Shown: one piece after another, positions 41,943-54,014 of the stretch
Layout: the number at the start of each line of letters is the position of its first letter
How positions within the stretch are numbered: the first letter of the stretch is position 1
NCBI GenBank assembly: GCA_026023565.1
Contig: JAPETS010000013.1
Coordinates: 496,001 to 560,000 of the forward strand
From: Cirrosporium novae-zelandiae
Lineage: Eukaryota
Reading direction: 5' to 3'
Length of the DNA stretch: 64,000 nt
Program-made: the position numbers and the translations under genes
The notes under the pieces: generated by a model
Seen by the model: the letters and a program-made list of their open reading frames with translations, nothing else
The model's database searches: none
What the model was told of the DNA's origin: nothing

Positions 41943-42796
41943 TTTCTCTGCGGCTTTGGCAGCTGGATTTTGTCTGTTCACGGACATCTGGGCCTGATAT
42001 CTATTGTCTGTCGTAAGCATTATACGTCGTGGATCATTCGTGTCCTATCTTTCGATCAGGACATACCGACGCGACTAAGATGGGCAAGCTGACACAGCTC
42101 TCTATCCTTAATGATTTTGATGATGATGCTAATGATGACAACATTTGATTTTCATCATCGCATCGTGTGTTAAAAAAATATTGCGGTGGATAATATGGTT
42201 AAAACGGAGCCATCATTACTTCTGTTTGCCCTGCGCGTGTAGCATGCGGTTTGCTGAGGCCTTTTTGTACACCATTCTAGGGATTTGTTAAGGCGCAGAT
42301 GTTGCTTTTTCCAGAACACAGGGAGAAAATTTAGGGAACAGCGGGCGTCTGGTGAAAGCGCAAGCGGTGGCTCTCTGATCGAAATACGAGCGAGATCTGG
42401 ATTTCTCTTCTCATGGCTCAAGTAGCAACGAATACGAATTGCAACTAACCTATTTTAAAATATCAGATGCGGATAATGCGTAGAAGCGCTTTAGTATCTC
42501 GATTTCTTTTGAAAGTATTATAGACGGTAGAAATTATATAGATACCTAGGTACCTAAAAAGGCATGCTTATCCTGTGATTTACAAGATTTGCGGCACAAA
42601 TTTCTCGAACTCGTGAAGAGCAAAGACTAGCAATACGTTGATAATTATAGTGATGAGGTGCATCGGCTGCAAAGAATACAAAGATTACCAATCTTTCGCG
42701 CATTTTCTGTTTTTACCTACCCACGTTTTCTCACACCAGTGTTTGCTACGTCACTTTGAGATGATGTCTTGAACTTTAGAGGGAATATCAACAGCC

Positions 42797-44515
42797 ATGG
42801 ACATGCCATCTTCTCAGATATCTATGCAAGGCTTTGATGCATGTCGCCAGCCATATCGGACTGCTAAGGCTTTACCTCATCTCATCCGCCAGAATGCCAC
42901 CATCTATCTTGAAGAGGAGTTATGTATACTCTCCCCGCATGCCATTAGTCTCAATAGAGGAAGATTCTAAGTTCCCTCAGATAATCAAGCTCTCAATACT
43001 CTTGTCAACCACCTGTCTAGTGGCAATGGAACATTAGATCCAGCCTTCGTTCCTCCACCCGAGTACCTCGCACTAATTTCCACATTGGTTGTCCATCCAA
43101 GCCTCAACACCCGCGCCACTACTCCCGAGCGCGTACAAGCTTCGAATGCTGCTCTCAACTACCTCTACTCGGTTCTTCATATTGCTGGACCCATCAACGC
43201 CAAGTTTGATCAGGCTTTTACGTTCACCTACTTCAATAGATCTCGCAACGGGAAAAAGCAACATTGGCATGATACGGACAAACAAGGGGAACAGGGGCCA
43301 GATGCCATCAACAGCAACATCGCAGATGCTGGGTCCCTATGGAACTGTGCGGAGGGGTTCTGGTCGGTTGTAGGGTGGGCATTCAATTGCTCTGTACTTT
43401 ATCCGAAGCGCTGGGAGCGATGGCAAGTCTGGTTGGAGTTTATGTGCCAGACAATGGAAGATGACTGGGCTGAGAGATTGCGATATGATAAGAATTCGGA
43501 TCATGAGATGGATGATCCTGATACCATCATTGTTGGCCGGGTTCAGAAAGCGACGAAAAGAGCAATCGAGGATAGCTTGATCATAAAATACTTGACTCCA
43601 AAAGAAAACGACTACACCCTCAAAAGAAAGGTTCTAAGAGCCATATTTTCAGAAGGGAACAAAACGGATACGAATGAGTTTGGAGAGATTTTCAGAAATG
43701 AGACGAAGAAACTTACGAAGGAAGATACTTCTAAGAAAGTGCAACAGGTTGATATTGATCGGGGCATATATGGTGACTACTTGGACGAACTAGACGATGA
43801 TGATGACGACGACGAAGAAATTGAAAAACAATCAAACCGAACTAGAAGTCGCAAACCTACCACGTCCACCAATAGAGCCATTAATGGATCGACAAACCGC
43901 ATAGATGGAGAGAAGCATATATCTCCAGACGACGAAGTAATGGGTGGACCAGACTCTCTTCTGCTCCGTCAACGTCTTCTAGGGCTCCTATCAACGGTCT
44001 CAAACCACCTGCCCAATAAATTTATGACCCCTGATGCGCTCTATGACGATTATGTTGAAAAAATCCGCCCTTTACCTCTCCCGGCGTTCCAAGCTTTCGT
44101 TTTCCCTTCTGTCCTCCCCCACTTTGCGCCTAATGCTCGTTCCTCCCTCTGCCAATGCCTTCTCAATTTCCTTCTTGAGCCTTCAGCTCCCAAGCCAATC
44201 ACCGATCATCTCACTCAAGATCTCTTCGAGTACCATTACTTACCATATGCCGCCAACGTATCCTCGGTAGCTAACAACGCCAAGGTATCGATTACCATCG
44301 AGGCTCTAATGAGACTACTTCTCATGCACTCTGCGCTCAAACCATCCGAGCGTCTCATGAAGGCTTTGAAACGGGGGATCCTAGCCAGGACCAAAAAGGC
44401 AAAGGGGAAGAAAAGGGATCAATATACACCCGAAGAAGAATCGGAAGCCGAGTATCTGAAGATGAGTGCGGAGAGGATGACGTGGATGCTCGGTGTAGTA
44501 GCTACAATTGGGTGA
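42797..44515 (+). CDS. Hypothetical helical protein, 2 exons
   Basis: 476-aa ORF extended 5' by exon MDMPSSQ..IYLEEEL and intron ~42924-42980; FW.VVGWAFNCS..RWERW..WLE motif, acidic patch. Confidence 0.8.
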
Positions 44516-45157
44516 AGATCATGTCCCAGGACGCTGTGGAAAATGATATATATTTGCAGTGGCAATTTACGTTGCCTCTATCTGTCTGGACCATATACGG
44601 TGCTAAATGCCAATCAACGTAAGTAAAGGTCTTGATAAATGCCTTCCGGCAATACCAATCACTAACTTATGTTTCATAAAGTCCTAATATTCCAACTGTT
44701 GCTTCGAATCTGAAGTACTCAGATCAAAATAAAAATCCCCAATTCCATCAGCAAAACCTTGGATCGGCTGGCGGAGTATAAGCGAAAGAGAAGAAAACTC
44801 CAAATAACTATCAAATTTGGGTATCTTTTATCCGAGGTTGGTTCATTCCTTTGCCTTGTATTGTCACTTTCTTGATCAATCCCGTCGAGTAGATGCGTGC
44901 GAGAAACTGGAGGTTGATGGAAGTTCCGGAGAGTACTCCAACTTGAGGGAGCTATAATCATGGCGATTGACTCAATAAATCCTTGAGGTGGTAGGCAGAC
45001 ATAATAGGGTCCAAACCCAGATGCTCTCTTCCTCTTTTTAAGTCTTACCAGTCGATAGGACTTTTTCACCACCTCGGCCTCAAATCCGATATGCACAAGT
45101 TATTCATTCACTCCATGGCCATCATCCAACCAATACCAGCCAACCACTTACAGGCTC

Positions 45158-45664
45158 TCACATATCCTCCCCCTCCCTCAAAAACTGGGTCCAAAAATCC
45201 ACTCCCATCTCCCAAATCTCCATCCTTCTCTGCCCCTTCTTCTCCATATTATTTTTCCTTCCAGAACCCCCCTCCTCCAGGCACTCTGGGTCCGTTATCC
45301 CGCCATCATCATCATCACCATCTTCCTCCCACTCTACCACCTCCCCACCGTCAAAAAACCAATCCTCCAGCATCCGTTTCAAAACAACCTTCTTATGTAT
45401 CCGAAATACAGAGTCGAAATGCGGGTGAGATTTTGTGAGGGGAATGAGTGATTCAGGTGGGAGGGAAAGCAGGATCTGCAATGTCAATTCGGGAGGTAGG
45501 GTGAAGATCGGTGGGGTGGCGGTGGACGGAGGCGGTGAGGAAGGGGAAGATGTAAAAATGGAAGCGGGGTAGAGGAAAGATGAGACGAGGCGATAGAGCA
45601 AGGGAGGTTCCGTGATGGTGGGTAGGATGAGGGAGAATATGAGGGTAGAGGCGAGGGAAAACAT
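45158..45664 (-). CDS. Small F-box-like protein; 3' end uncertain
   Basis: IFTLPPELTLQILLSLPPESLIPL fits the F-box consensus LP.E....I...L....L; ATG at 45664. Confidence 0.55.
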   Translation of the reverse strand: MFSLASTLIFSLILPTITEPPLLYRLVSSFLYPASIFTSSPSSPPPSTATPPIFTLPPELTLQILLSLPPESLIPLTKSHPHFDSVFRIHKKVVLKRMLEDWFFDGGEVVEWEEDGDDDDGGITDPECLEEGGSGRKNNMEKKGQRRMEIWEMGVDFWTQFLREGEDM

Positions 45665-47629
45665 CGTTCGTTCCTGTTTTTTTGTCTGGTCTTGCGTCTT
45701 GTTTTTGTATGAAGTTGTTATCACAGAATGAATAATTCCGTCACAATCAACTTTGAAAGGAGGACGAAAAAAAAATGCACAAAAAAAGTTTGTCGTTGTT
45801 ACTACCGTCGTCTGGATATCAACCCTCAAATCTTCAAAGCCCCCAACACACTCAATCAGTCAGACCAACGTCAGATCACTCTTAGTGATTCTAAATCCAA
45901 GTCCAAGTCTAAGCAGCAAACAGCCACACACACCCTTTTTATTCCTCTCCTTCCTCAAACTAACGTAAACAAAAAAAGTTTTTTTTATCCCACAAGGTTC
46001 TTTTTTTTTAGTTACCCTTAGCCTGACCTAATTAGGTAGTAAATTCGTGTGTAGGTAAAGATGGATTTATGCCATCAATCAGATATATAAATAAAATAAA
46101 TAAATTTGTTCAACTAAATGGATTTGTTCTGCTTGTTATAACTTGTGGTAGATAGATAATTATATACCCTTTACCTACAGTAGTTACTTAGTTAAATAGG
46201 AAAAAATAAATAACTAAACACACAAAACACGCGCTCAGGGCGCGTGGATGCTTGTGTGTGTGTGTATGTACTACCTTGCACCTTACTTGCTTACCTGTCT
46301 TGCCCCCAGTGCAGCGCCAGCGTGCCAGCGTGCCAGCGTTCCAGCGCGTGCCTGCCTGATACATGGTATCATACATACATACATACCACTCAAGATAAAC
46401 ATACCCATTGCTATAACATATGCCCTGCCTACCTACCTGCAATCTTCCTTCTGAAACCGAAACTGTGACTGACTGATCAGACTAATTAACTACCTAGGTA
46501 ATTAACTAATTAATCAATTCTAGCTTCAACTCACAACCTCGGTTTTTTTTTATTTTTATTTTTTATTTGATTGGATTGATATAGCCTAATTATGCAAGTT
46601 AAGTAATTGATTAGGTAGGTAGGTAGGTATGGTTATATACGTGTATGTGCATATGTCTATATAGTTATCAACTCCATCCACATATATTTATTTCCTAGCC
46701 TAGCCTATTTTTTTTAACTTTTTTTTGTTATTAGCGACGGTGGTTTATATCGATGATGCTTTTTTTGTTGGCTTCAATTTAGGTTTTTTTTTTGTTTATT
46801 TGATTAACAAAAGTTTTTTGATACTTTAGATAATTAGAATGTTTACTTTTTACATGAAGGAGTATGATGGACGGATGGAATGGAATCCTTTCCCCCACCA
46901 TCATCACCGCTATGTCCACTATGATCCACGTTCATGGCTATGACGATGACTATGACTATGACATAGGGGGTACGCTCTAGATACAGTAAGATACATGTAT
47001 ACATCCATGTACAGGAGCGAGATGTCAATACCCTCCTTTCCTTCCTTTCTCTTTTTAATTACTATCCGTTCTGTATACCTCAAAGCAAGTAGATAATTAA
47101 TTAACTAGTTACTTTACATAACTATACCCATAACGTCCATAATATCCAACCAAACTTCCCTTCTTAAGTTTTTAATTATAACCTACCTAAGTATTTAACC
47201 TTGAACCTTTAACTTTTAACCTTTTTTTTCGTCTTCTTATCGTTACCGTCTTCACTTCACACCGTAAGTAATAAGTTAATTATCCCACAAAAATCTGCAA
47301 AAAAAAAAGAAAGAAAAAACCCTTCTCTTCACTAATCAATCAATTATTTTGGTCAGAGTAAATAAAACATGTCCCCCAAAGCAAGAAACAATATGTACTA
47401 TTTTTTTTCAACTTGAAGTGCGGAGGTGCTTACCTACCTCCCCATTTCGAAGCCGTAGAGGAGGGTAATTATGACTCTCTATTATCTCTACTATGCATGC
47501 ACATTGCGAATAATAATGTCTGAGACTACCTCTTCCTGATTCTGAAAGAGCCGAGGTAGATACAAGTTTTGTGATTCTAAGTACTATGTATGCGGGATTT
47601 GCTGTCTCTGTTAATTACGTATAGAGATA

Positions 47630-48741
47630 GCGAGTCTGGACAAGGAACTTTTTGAGTATGACAATGTAGGGGCAGTGGTTGCAGTGAAATACAGTACATG
47701 TCTATACTCTATTCTCAGAATTCTGGTAAAGGACATTCTAGATTAATGCCTGAGTATTCCCTAGTTGAAAGAAACGCTACTAACGATGACCCTGGAATAC
47801 GCCCTTGAATGTACTGGCATAGTTATGGCTACCAACAGGACGAGGCAAAGAAAGTCCTCATCTAACGGGAAGATTATGACAGGAAATGGGCCCAAGGCCC
47901 TAATAGTGAAGGATTTGGCAAAGGTGAAGAGGCAATATTCCGCCGGATTCAAGACCTTGTAGCTATTTTAAAGCATCGGCCAAAGCCTACGCAATTTCCA
48001 GCTCTCGATTGTCTTAGTGCTTTCTACGATACCCAACGTCAGGAGTTTGGTATCGTCTATGAATATACTGATCAAGCCTCTGTGCTTGTTAGGCTTCATA
48101 AGCCTTTTTGGCGATGAGGTTTTCAACCGTTTGTCCCACATCCTAGTCAAAAGTTCTCCTGGCTACTGTTGTTCGAAAGCCCCCGAAAGTTGACTGTGAG
48201 GACGCAAAAGAGATTCAGAAACATGAGACTCGTACAGTAGATTCTTCAGAATTATCCTCTTGGAGCGCACAAATACAAAGATCAGCAAAGAAGCAACCGC
48301 TCTTCCCTCCACATACCTCCCCCGAAAACGATTACCACGGGGATGTTCGAACTACTCTTATTCGAAGGACTAGAAGAAGTCCAAGTCCGATATACAGTAC
48401 AAACTCAGAGGACGAGCGCAACATGACGCCTCTCCATTACTATCTCGCCGTCTGCAACCCTCGAAGGACATCAACGGAACCCCGATAATGAGTTGGTTTT
48501 TAGACAGACTGTTCTTGCGCGAACGTAGAGCTCGATTGCTTAAATGATTAGATGTAGATGCAGAGCTATCCTAGGCATCAGATTTCTACTTGAGCAAACA
48601 ACAGGCTACGCAACCAACGATCTAAACACATCGTTCATCCAGAGTCCGGAATTGACGACGCTTGAACTTTGTGATCAAGTAGCTAGCTATCAGTGGGACG
48701 AGGAAGAGAAAGTGATAAAAATATTCTTAACAAGAATTTGA
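47630..48741 (+). pseudogene. Relic of a kinase-like gene resembling fungal HeLo-domain/kinase proteins
   Basis: Frame +1 reads KKVLI*REDY..IFRRIQDLVAILKHRPKPTQFPALDCLSAFYDTQRQEFGIVYEY..VPHPSQKF and stays protein-like to 48741 with 7 internal stops. Confidence 0.65.
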
Positions 48742-48799
48742 TCATTCAATTCGGATGCTGCATTCAAAATTTGAACCGTCAAGAGTAGTTAGTCCCCCC

Positions 48800-51700
48800 C
48801 TTTGGATAGAGGAACCGTAACTATGCTCTCCATATCCCAAACTAAATAAATATACAACTACACCTCCCCAAGGGGAGAGTCACATGTTTAAAGTGTGTAG
48901 TGTACTCGAGTAGTCGCTTAATGCTGTTGTGCTCTCTCTATATAATGCACCATCCATCCATTAAACATACCGACCCCTCCCTTATTCCATCACCCATAAC
49001 CCCCATCCAAGATTATTATCCCTAGATACACCAAGACCAAGGAGGGGTTATTCCGCTAATTATAGCGGTGTGCCATGCCATGTCATGTTGCTGCGGACGA
49101 GGGAGAATATAAGTAGCAATGACGTTAATGTTAATCCATTATCATACTAAATGAAACAACAGTAAAAAAAATAAAATAGATTTAAGCTATGTAGTCTACT
49201 GTACATGCATGTAATCCACTCTGACCCGACCAGCATCAACGCCATAGGGGGAGGGACCATATCTAAGCGAAATCTCTTTCTTTGTACATCTATTCCTGAC
49301 ATATATACATACCTAGATACGTACAAATAAAAAAGGCAAGGCAAGCATTATATGTCCACTCTACCTAACTACCCTACCCCGAACCATTAATTCTTCACCA
49401 CCCTCCCAAGTAACGCGCCCCCCTTTCCCTTTCCCTACCCTACACCATCATCATCCCCATTATCTATTCCCCGCCCCATTTTTTACCTTCATTCTTTCTT
49501 CTTTCTTCCAGCGACAGCCCTAATACTCTAAATCCCATGTCCTCACCAGCCAGCCCCTAACCAATTCAGATTTAAATCCGATTCCCTTTATCCCAAATAT
49601 ATAGAAACCATCCTGACCATCCCAAGATCAGATCCCATCACCCAACACCCCAATCTAGAGTATACAAACAAAGATTTCGAACGAACTCGAACCCGCAAGG
49701 CTAGATTTTTTCTCTTATTTTACTCTTTGCTTCCATGTACCGACCGGGGCCGGGGTTTTAAAACAGTAGTAGGAGGAAGGAGAAAGGAGGGGGGGGGATT
49801 ATAACTCGTCGCCCCGTTTTTGGTTTTTTTTTGGGGGGGGTATCAAATCCATGCATACTGAGTGCATCCTTGATCAGATGGGCTGGGATAGGGATAGCTG
49901 GAGTACAACCAACCAACTAACTTAACCACGTCATGGATATTTACTTGTATTTATCCCCCCAGTTTTTTGAAAATTCGAGGGGAGTCGGTGAGGTAAGATA
50001 ATGGGGGTGCTGGGGTTTATATTATGAACTCGGATTCGGTTCTTTTTTTCCCTTCTTTCTTTCTTCTTTCTTTCTACCGGTTTCAGTAACTGTGGGCTGT
50101 GGATTCTTTAATGTAGTCTTGTTGGAATCTCTCTCTCTCTTTATGCCAACATTTCCAGAACCTCAAGTTCAGTAATGTGTATATATATGCGTATGTGTGT
50201 ATGTGTATCAATCAATAATGCATAGGCATAAAAAAGAAAAGCTATCGTAATACCCTCCCTGCACACACACACACACATAAAAACCAATACACTAAACGCA
50301 TTATATAAAGCCACAACCCTAACTAAGCAAACAAACAAACAAACAAAAAAATGACTACATACATACAGACCCATTCATATTCAATTCAATTCATATCAAA
50401 AACCCATCTGGCCTCCTGGAACCTGTTCTCCTAGCACCTGGCCTCCTAACACCCTAGGTTCCATCTGCCCATCTGCCCATCTCCCCTCCCCCCAAAAAAA
50501 ACAATCAAGGCTACCTACCTACCTACCTACCTAGCTATTCACTATTGAGCCATTTCACCATTGAGGTATCTTGATCTTTTTCACTCCCTTGCGTTATAAG
50601 TACTTTTTTTCATGTGCATATATGAAGGAAGGTGAAAGTGAAGGTAGGTGATAGATTCATATCGAATGAGAGAGAGAGTCGAGAGGGAGAGAGGGAGAGA
50701 GGGAGAGAGGGAGGGAAAGGGAGGGAGAGAGGGGGGATATCAAAGAGTCAAGGAATCAATGAACAACAACAACCATGGTGGTGGTATATGATATATTATC
50801 TTAACCTATACACCCATCCAACTTATTTCCCCCTCCCCTTCTTCAGCGCTTTGATATTTCTTTTCTATTTCCTTGCTATTTATGTGGTTATTTATTTTAG
50901 CGTACAAGTTTGTCTTAGGAGAAAAAAAAGAAGAAGCCTATGTATGAAATGATGGATGATGGATGATGGATGTTTATTCAACTATAACTATAATTATAAT
51001 TCTAACAAGCTAAAGGAAATCAGAAGAGAAAAAAAAGAGAGGAATATACAATGAATACCAAATATTGATTAATTAATTACCTAGGTAATCAATTTATTAC
51101 AATACTATTACGATTAATTATCCCGCATTAATATGAAACATGGGGAAACATGGAAAACATACACAATCCTATCTATCCAACACGCACCCCCCCCATACAC
51201 CAACAACAAAAAGAGAAAAAAAAACATATTTCACAGTTTCCTTATTCCTTTATTTGTTTTGGTTGTTTATTTATTTATCTACCTGGTTAATCAGGTAATG
51301 ATATAAGAGAGAGAGATATATATATCTGCTACACCAATCAATCCTTCCATCCATCTATTCATCTATTTCTTACAAGGTCAAGGTCAAGGTCAAACAAGTC
51401 AAACAAATAAATATCATGTCCTTCTCTAATTATTTATTCGTTTATCTAATTATCTATTTGGTTATTCATTTACTCTCTAACCTACCATCATGCCAATGGG
51501 ACCTCTCCTGGTTGATTAATTGGTTGGTTATGGTTATGGTGGTGGTGGTGAGGATGGAAAAGTACCTAGGCACCTATTTAGGCTATCCTATTTACCATCT
51601 GTCAGTCAGTCAATTGATTGCCTATCCACAGATCTAGTAAAAAAAAAAAAAAGAAACGTCGAGTGCAGAATATTAAATACGAATAGGATTTATTTGATTC
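48800..51700. repeat. Microsatellite/low-complexity-rich intergenic tract
   Basis: (CTAC)n, (AAAC)n, (CA)n, (GA)n, (GATGGAT)n, (CAAGGT)n and homopolymer runs; only low-complexity ORFs. Confidence 0.75.
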
Positions 51701-51837
51701 ATTTCGTTATCAAAAGTAAATATAAGATGGGACGTTCTCTCTTCCTCCCCCTCTCCCTCTCATTTCCTTTCTTTCAATCTTTGGTGGTACTTATACTACT
51801 TTACTCTTGTCCACCAAGGGTGACAGCAATCCACCTA

Positions 51838-54014
51838 CTACGGTGGCGGCCTTGGCCCAATAATCTGTCTCCTCCCCCCGAACCCAATCCCGCTACCCGT
51901 GCTGCTTCCCTTATTCTGATTATCACCCCCAATCCACCCATACTGATTGACATCCCAACTCTGGCCTTCGCCGGTGCCTTCACCACCGTCGGCTCCAACG
52001 CCCTTGACTGCCAACTCCTTTGTTTTCTTCTGACTCTCCTCCCATTCCTTCTGGCGTTCACGCTCACGTTCCATTTCACGCTCAAGGAGCGATTTGGATG
52101 CCCAGCCGCCAGCTTTGGTTTTCTGCTGCGAGGCAGCCCGACGTGCATTCTCGGCGTCGACTTCGGATGTTGAGGTGAGGCCCATTTCGGCTGGAAAGTG
52201 GGTTGCTGGTTTTGGGGATGGTTTGTATGGATGCGCGTGAAGGAATTTGTCTGTACGATTTTGCGGTTGTGTTACCCCTGCAACTTTCGTGCGTGGTGGC
52301 GATGTATACGCGGCGGGGTCGGGTAGCGGACGTGGAGATGTTGGCGGAGGGGGGGTTTTCGGGGGCTTGAGAGCCGTAGGATCGGGAAGCGGTCGTGGAG
52401 ATTTGGGTGGAGCGGGTGGGGTCAATTTTTTGTTGTGGGATGACCACGACTGCGCTAGAAAAGCACGTTCGTCATCCTTTGGCCCGTCCATTGCTGCGGG
52501 GGGTGGACGACTGCGGCTTCGAGAGCGGGCCTTTGCTTCCGGAGCTAGGTCTAGCTTTTCGGTGGATACCCGAGGAGGGGGACGAGGACGACTGCGGCTG
52601 CGCGTACGAGATTTGTCTCTGGGCTTGCTGCTGCGCCCCTGTCTCTCGAGTTCATACTGCCGCTCTCGTTCCTTAGCTTCTGCAAGTTGACGCTCTAGTT
52701 CTTTGACGCGGTCACGGCCAGCAGTTCGTTCATCGTCCTCATGGGAGTGCTGTTCCGCTTGGTACTGGCTAAGAAATTGACCCTGGAGACGAGCATCGCT
52801 GGTTGTGCGTTTGCGGTCTCGTGAGTGTTTAACGCGAGCTTCAGCTTCTCGTTCTTCACGGAGACGTGCCTCTTCTTCTTCTTTCCAACGCCGCTCCTCT
52901 GCTTCCCAACGGAGTTTTTCTTCTTCTGCTTCCTTTCGTTCACGCTCTCGTTGCGCTTGCGTCTCTTCTTCCCATTGCTTTTCTTCCTCTATTCGGGTTC
53001 GCTCCTCTTCGGCTGCTCTCTCAATGCGCCTTTTGTGCTCAGCCTCCTCCGCCTGGACTCTTAGCCTGTCATTTTCGGCTTGCTGCTCTCGTCTTCTCCG
53101 TTCCTTTTCGGCTAGGCTTGGAACTTGTGGACCAGGTGTCGTAATCTGTCTCCTAGCTCCGAATGATATCCCTTGGTTTCCCTGGCTGGCGCCACCCATA
53201 TAGCCATATTGGTGTATATTCCACGCCGGTGCGGTCTTGTTTTCGTCAACCTTTTTGCTCCAACTACTTACGTTTCCTCGCGGTGAGGCCAGACCACCTC
53301 CACTTGCAGGTGAAGCTGACCGTGGAGAGCCACCCGTCTTGACAGGACTGATTGCACCGGCTCTCGACTTCCATGTTGGGTCAAACGTAGATGGACTTGG
53401 ATTGCTGACATTACTGACATTGCTGGCTCCTCTGGATCGAGTAAAGCTGTTGTCTGGCATAGGTACAGGGGCTGGCGTAAGTCTGCCACCTCTGGCACCG
53501 GTACTCTGGGGACTTACAACACCCCCTTTACTTTTAGCCCCTATTACTCGAGGAAACTTGGATGGCTGTAAGGCATTTGCTCTTCTGCTAAAGGATGAAA
53601 GACATTGGAGGACTTGTGCAGGGTCTTTTGCTTCATAGAGATCGACGGTCAAGAAAACATCGTGAGGAGGAAGGTTCAAGGGTTCGATTTGACATGCATG
53701 TAGAAACTGGGATATATTTTCCATCTGAACAAAAGGCATTGCAGAGCGCTTAAACTTGACCCCTGGAGAGCCTACGGCAAGGTTCACAAGTCTGATACTG
53801 CGCATTAGCACATGAGTATTAATTGCGGGTAAATGTAAATCGCCTACTGGCAAAGAGCAACTCCATCTTTCAGCGCCTCAAGTAGATCTCCAGATGGGAG
53901 GGTTTGTCCGAGCACCTCCTCAATCCATTCTCGGATCTGGTTTGCAGCTTGTGGTGTATATTTGGCCAGGCGCATGTTGCGCAAGTCCTTGTCCAATGAA
54001 CTAACGGATGCCAT
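51838..54014 (-). CDS. Calponin-homology (transgelin/Scp1-like) protein with coiled coil and Pro-rich tail, 2 exons
   Basis: MASVSSLDKDL..REWIE..DLLEALKDGVALC, F.QMENIS.FL, FLTVDLYE.KDP.QVL; calponin-like repeat QYGYMGGASQ; intron 53792-53847. Confidence 0.92.

Noticed and set aside
46219..46262. Small hairpin cacgcgc/gcgcgtg flanked by CA/TG repeats
   Set aside because: Short stem explained by adjacent inverted microsatellites; no recognisable ncRNA features.
50141..52173. ORFs of 70-217 aa in the microsatellite tract
   Set aside because: Translations mirror simple repeats or overlap the 3' end of the real - strand gene.
52247..53638. Long antisense ORFs over the calponin-homology gene (similar ones over SNF1, the C2H2 gene and pac2)
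   Set aside because: Shadow frames of low-complexity or codon-biased coding sequence; no independent motifs.
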